The position numbers and the translations under genes were made by a program. Below are positions 24,701 through 27,700 of a stretch of DNA of 27,700 nt, in pieces; within the stretch, counting starts at the first letter, position 1; the number at the start of each line of letters is the position of its first letter. Origin of the DNA: a virus (Duplodnaviria > Caudoviricetes); IMG/VR virus record IMGVR_UViG_3300030012_002303, positions 1 through 27,700 of that record, one strand, 5' to 3'. The notes beneath the pieces are model-generated. The model ran no database searches. It had not been told where the DNA came from and worked only from the letters and a program-made list of their open reading frames with translations.

Positions 24701-26050
24701 TGGATTTATGTCATCCATTCTTTTTAAGAAATCACTTTCTAAAACATTCTTATTCAAAGACTGGATAAGGCCGCGCATGTTCTTGGCCTGTTCAGCAACA
24801 TTATCTGGAAGCTCTGCAATAGCACGATCCCGCATCTGTTGTGTCGGAGCAGTCATAAACTCTTCGATGTTGTTAAACATACTTTGTTTGGTTAAAGGAC
24901 TTGCACCATTTGAAACCTTATCTGCTTCCTTCAAAACTTTGTTTATTTCTTTATCCATAGAACCAAGAATGTTCTTGGCAGTCTTGATGATTGCATCAGT
25001 CTGTCCTGTAACAAGCAGTCGTGCCTCTGCGACTTCTTCTGGCATAAACCCACGATAGCGGAACACGGAAGCTATATCAGCCAACTTGTCAGCAACAATG
25101 TTTTGTTGTTGCCCTAACGCACGTCTGGCTTCAATGTTTTGCAGACCTTCAGAAACTTTTCTTCCAGCAGACCTGACTCCGGTAGCCGTTCCTCTGACCG
25201 CTTCTCTTAGAATAGGTGTCTCAGTTAACACTTTTCCTGTTGTTGCAACAGTCCCGGCTATAGCTACGGGGGCAACGGCAGTAATTGTACCAGTTTCAAA
25301 TCCTACTTTAAGTTTATTGCCTAGTCTGCGCAGGGCTTCTTCTCTACCTGAAAGACCAATCTCTTGGTTTGTTTGTGTAGGGCCACCTTCAAAGAAATCA
25401 CCAATTGTTGTAATACCATCTGTTGCAACCACCGCATCTGCAAGACCTGCGGCAGCAACCTGTTGTGCCCCCAAAGCTAGTTTCTCACCCTGTGTCAAGT
25501 CTCTTGTAGGGCTAGACTTTGCAGCAGGTCGAATGGTTGTAGGTGTTTGTTTGGAGACTATCTGACCATCTTTGATTGCCTTGCGAAGTCTACCAGCTTT
25601 ACTGAACTTACTGACTTTGCTTACCGCGCTGGCTGCACCAAGACCGGGTATAACAAATTGAGTAATTACTTCTGTGCCTTTGCCAACCAGACCAACAGGG
25701 TCAATGCCTGCGGCATCGCGCAGCTTGTTGGCAGCGTCAGTAACAGAAGATGCATAGTCGGTGTCAGCCGCAAGGTCTACGACCGAAGCACCGAGTTCCA
25801 AGATTCCCTGTGGTATGCCGATCAGACCAGAACCAACGCCCTCAAAGAACTCTTGCGCCACACCTTCATACTCAGGATCTGGGTCAGGGGCAGGCTGTAC
25901 TTCTGGAGAGGCCGTTTGCGCAGGCTCTTGAACTGCGGAAAAGTCTACACGTTTTTTTACAGCCTCAATGATCTGCTCTCGTGTAGCACCTTCCGGTCCC
26001 TCGATGCTGTAGGTTTTACCATCAGGACCTTGAATACTATAGGTTGGCAT
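21716..26050 (-). CDS. Large internal virion / DNA ejection protein
   Basis: 1444 aa, largely helical; N-terminus TYSIQGPDGKTYSIEGPEG; Gly/Ala-rich membrane-like segments; INYSYSNPY motif; located at the end of the structural module. Confidence 0.7.
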   Translation of the reverse strand: MPTYSIQGPDGKTYSIEGPEGATREQIIEAVKKRVDFSAVQEPAQTASPEVQPAPDPDPEYEGVAQEFFEGVGSGLIGIPQGILELGASVVDLAADTDYASSVTDAANKLRDAAGIDPVGLVGKGTEVITQFVIPGLGAASAVSKVSKFSKAGRLRKAIKDGQIVSKQTPTTIRPAAKSSPTRDLTQGEKLALGAQQVAAAGLADAVVATDGITTIGDFFEGGPTQTNQEIGLSGREEALRRLGNKLKVGFETGTITAVAPVAIAGTVATTGKVLTETPILREAVRGTATGVRSAGRKVSEGLQNIEARRALGQQQNIVADKLADIASVFRYRGFMPEEVAEARLLVTGQTDAIIKTAKNILGSMDKEINKVLKEADKVSNGASPLTKQSMFNNIEEFMTAPTQQMRDRAIAELPDNVAEQAKNMRGLIQSLNKNVLESDFLKRMDDINPKESARLRGEINKNINTYLRRRYQSFEVKNYTPTNEAFEKGVVGFQQSPAATLEELSKIINKSNVPAEREDLLRQFGMRETMSPEFDEGLIFEFVDPNNISRAAAERAARNFLGNNTRKVGSGKLGSTSRVADHRINAKLFASRANMPKFKRELLGEITDPKESFLGTVADLAEFKAVDDYFSRIRLLATQRKADGSLANPGIAQLFRDTTEMSPAQRKELTDSGYKILDSDTTPQGTKLKLDEGDFGSLRGFAVPDKIAQDLTRLVIGDQGVLGNAIRSTYSGFLRVKGATQFGKTVLSPITQLRNVTTASLFALAQGNIGRGANLGESVRLVYDNLFTGVAPEQAARTFSELQELGIIGTQAQLRELQDLIQKGFGYGVEEINGIPVGRKFGSKFTDNQLGAFVGNLGKKAENLYQAGDDIWKIYNFDFELNKLKNAYRKAGLTDDAIVADLVKRRGITVTGEETAERLLREEAARIVRNTVPNYNMAPEAIRTLRRAPVGNFIAFPYEILRTGANTIARGVDELASEIPEIRQIGLRRLTGAITTFGALPAGMSALAYELSGVSEEKMKAYQRSLGPRWEKNARLLPTGIDKKTGLPTYINYSYSNPYDMLEKIAIAAINGAEEGRLQGKSGAEITLKAANDSLAELFAPFTEEAIITAKIRDVLDPATDVIGFRQAGQLTGGRGGQTQTGARVYNPEDSVGAKFGKSFLHVLDGLLPSVIPVDVRSGELEASRFARGFVNGLNLEETLGISSVDRMKRERELSSELARAFTGITEMPIEPTGLKFRGFEIAEARRNANNIFTAVSNRANATPQDFINAYRAANEANFKIQRELFNIVNDMKTLGMNKRQIATQLRAARVSGRQLSATLSGKFIPVSVSRTVQKNIFDNDLRSEFPVKEIAKIRKEYANKPLAVETKEPQPQVSVEPVQQQPVAATATPPAVAQAGAAPAQTTAAPAPTSQSQSSGGILPLLSGGNPIDALKNLQIFQRTQQ

Positions 26051-26058
26051 GGCTCCCC

Positions 26059-27699
26059 CTAGCTTGTAGCGTCGGTTATGTTTACTTCTCCGAACCCGTC
26101 ATCTACTGCTGCGTCTTGTGTCTGCTGTATTTGTTGCCTTCCTAAAAAGTCAAATATATCTTCTGGTGACGCTCCGTACTGATCTTTAGCCGCTGTTTTA
26201 TATGCCTCACTTGACATTGCCAATTCTCTATCTCCTGGCAGTGGCCTGTTCTGCAAAACTCTAGTTAAAGCCGCTGCTTGTTGTATTGGAACAGCAACTT
26301 TACCTGTTGAGGTAGAAAGAGCGGTTTCTTTTTTAGCAAAGTCTTGAACGAAGTTAACAAGAAAACCTTCAGGTAAAGCCTCCTGGCCTTTCTCATTTAA
26401 AACAAGAACACCGTCGTCATTAACTGTAGCCATTCCTGTATCTAGTAACAGTTTACCCGTTTCGCTATCAGGCAACATATTTTTTCTAACAGTTTCGTTT
26501 AATGTGTCTCGTTGTATCTCTAAACTTTGATCTTGATAGTTTTGTTTTTGAAGTAATGTTATGGCATTTATTTCAAAGGTGCTTCTTATTTGTGCTATTT
26601 GATTAGCTAATGTCGCTTCTCTGTAGGCTTTCTCATCTTTACTTTTTTCAAAGTCCATCATGTTTTGAATCTGTCTTTGATTGAAAGCGTCATCAGCAGC
26701 AGCTTTAGCGATGTTTGCTTGCTTCTCACTTTGAATTAAATCAAAACGAAGACGACGTGCCTCTTTTTGGTCTTCTCTTTCTTGCTCTGTAAGCTCACCT
26801 ATACGCTTGCCATACTGATTAAACGCAAAGCCAAGGCCCTTTGCGATATTTGTCAAAGCATTCTGACTTTCACCCGCAGCTATTGACAAACCTGCCGTAA
26901 TTACTGCGTTCCAAAACGCGCCCTTCCTGTCTTCTTTTGCTTGGTCAGGATCAAAGCCAACAGTTTCTTTCACCAATTTGTCTATGGCTTCAAGGTCTAC
27001 TTCATCAGGCGTAGCTCTTTGCGCTAGTTTCCCTGCAAAAGCGGCAAAGGTGCTGTCCTTTTCTCCCTGCTTGGGATTAATTTTGTTGGTGGCTTTTCCG
27101 CCCGTCAAAGAGGCGTTAAGATTAGCATCAAGTTTTGATAAAGTATCTCTGATATTTAAGGTTGTTTGTTTAGGATTATCAGAGGCGTTAATCTCTTTGT
27201 TTGCTGCGGCAGCAGTGTTTTGATTTTCGGCAAGCTCTTCCGCTGCTGTTTTAAGTTTGATAGCACCCGCCATACCCGCTTCTAAATCATCGTCCACAGC
27301 AGAATATCTTCTTAGGTCAGGGGTAAATTTCTGATCTGCTCCTGTCACAGGTGAACCAGCAATATCTACTGGAGCATCCAAGTCTCTTTCCGCCAGTATC
27401 TGTTCCCTTGTTTTACCTACCCCAGCGGTAGGAGTTGCGGGACCCAAACCACCTTCTTCACCAACCGGATAGTCTAAGCCAGTAGCGTATTTAAGAGACT
27501 GTACACCGCTTGTCAGTGCATCACGAATACCCTTATCCGCGTCTGGTCCAAACACTTCACTAAGGTCTTTACTAATTGTCTGACGAGCAATTCCTGCCCG
27601 ACGAGAAACCTCATCAGTAGCAGCACCTATGGCAGCAGGAACATCAGGGCCTATTGTAGCTCCGAACCCTGCTTTCGTAAGTTCTTCTGCCTGTTGATT
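26059..27699 (-). CDS. Internal virion / ejection protein (5' truncated)
   Basis: Frame is open to the window end; hydrophobic AVITAGLSIAAG...ALTNIAKGLG followed by coiled coil. Confidence 0.65.
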   Translation of the reverse strand, partial: NQQAEELTKAGFGATIGPDVPAAIGAATDEVSRRAGIARQTISKDLSEVFGPDADKGIRDALTSGVQSLKYATGLDYPVGEEGGLGPATPTAGVGKTREQILAERDLDAPVDIAGSPVTGADQKFTPDLRRYSAVDDDLEAGMAGAIKLKTAAEELAENQNTAAAANKEINASDNPKQTTLNIRDTLSKLDANLNASLTGGKATNKINPKQGEKDSTFAAFAGKLAQRATPDEVDLEAIDKLVKETVGFDPDQAKEDRKGAFWNAVITAGLSIAAGESQNALTNIAKGLGFAFNQYGKRIGELTEQEREDQKEARRLRFDLIQSEKQANIAKAAADDAFNQRQIQNMMDFEKSKDEKAYREATLANQIAQIRSTFEINAITLLQKQNYQDQSLEIQRDTLNETVRKNMLPDSETGKLLLDTGMATVNDDGVLVLNEKGQEALPEGFLVNFVQDFAKKETALSTSTGKVAVPIQQAAALTRVLQNRPLPGDRELAMSSEAYKTAAKDQYGASPEDIFDFLGRQQIQQTQDAAVDDGFGEVNITDATS

Positions 27700-27700
27700 G

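Noticed and set aside
22293-27223. Plus-strand ORFs within the virion genes
   Set aside because: They are antisense shadows of long minus-strand CDSs.
1-27700. tRNA/tmRNA genes, integrase, or alternative genetic code
   Set aside because: No cloverleaf or integrase motifs seen by eye (no scan run). TAA, TAG and TGA all end genes normally, and core genes are intact in the standard code.

Overview
The window is about half of a tailed dsDNA phage genome. It is podovirus-like, and its gene content resembles marine alphaproteobacterial phages (inference, no search run). The minus-strand late module is cut at both window edges. On the left it runs terL -> 291-aa protein -> portal N-terminus; on the right, two large ejection/internal virion proteins -> T4-like lysozyme -> two small ORFs absent from the ORF track. 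The plus strand carries early cassettes (2.8-5.5 kb) built from terminator / GGYCGCA heptamer cluster / sigma70 promoter / GGAGAATAAAA RBS units, then about 15 small early genes. A replication module follows: SNF2 helicase, Arc-like RHH regulator, ParB-like protein, SSB, AEP primase, UvrD helicase, DUF6378 and Leu762 PolA. terS and a VRR-NUC-like nuclease lie about 3 kb from terL, next to an inverted GTAAC/GTTAC iteron array. The standout is an unannotated phage ArfA-like ribosome-rescue gene (21134..20958, minus) at the end of the late operon. It has an intrinsic terminator inside its reading frame, the non-stop-mRNA, tmRNA-sensing architecture known for bacterial arfA.
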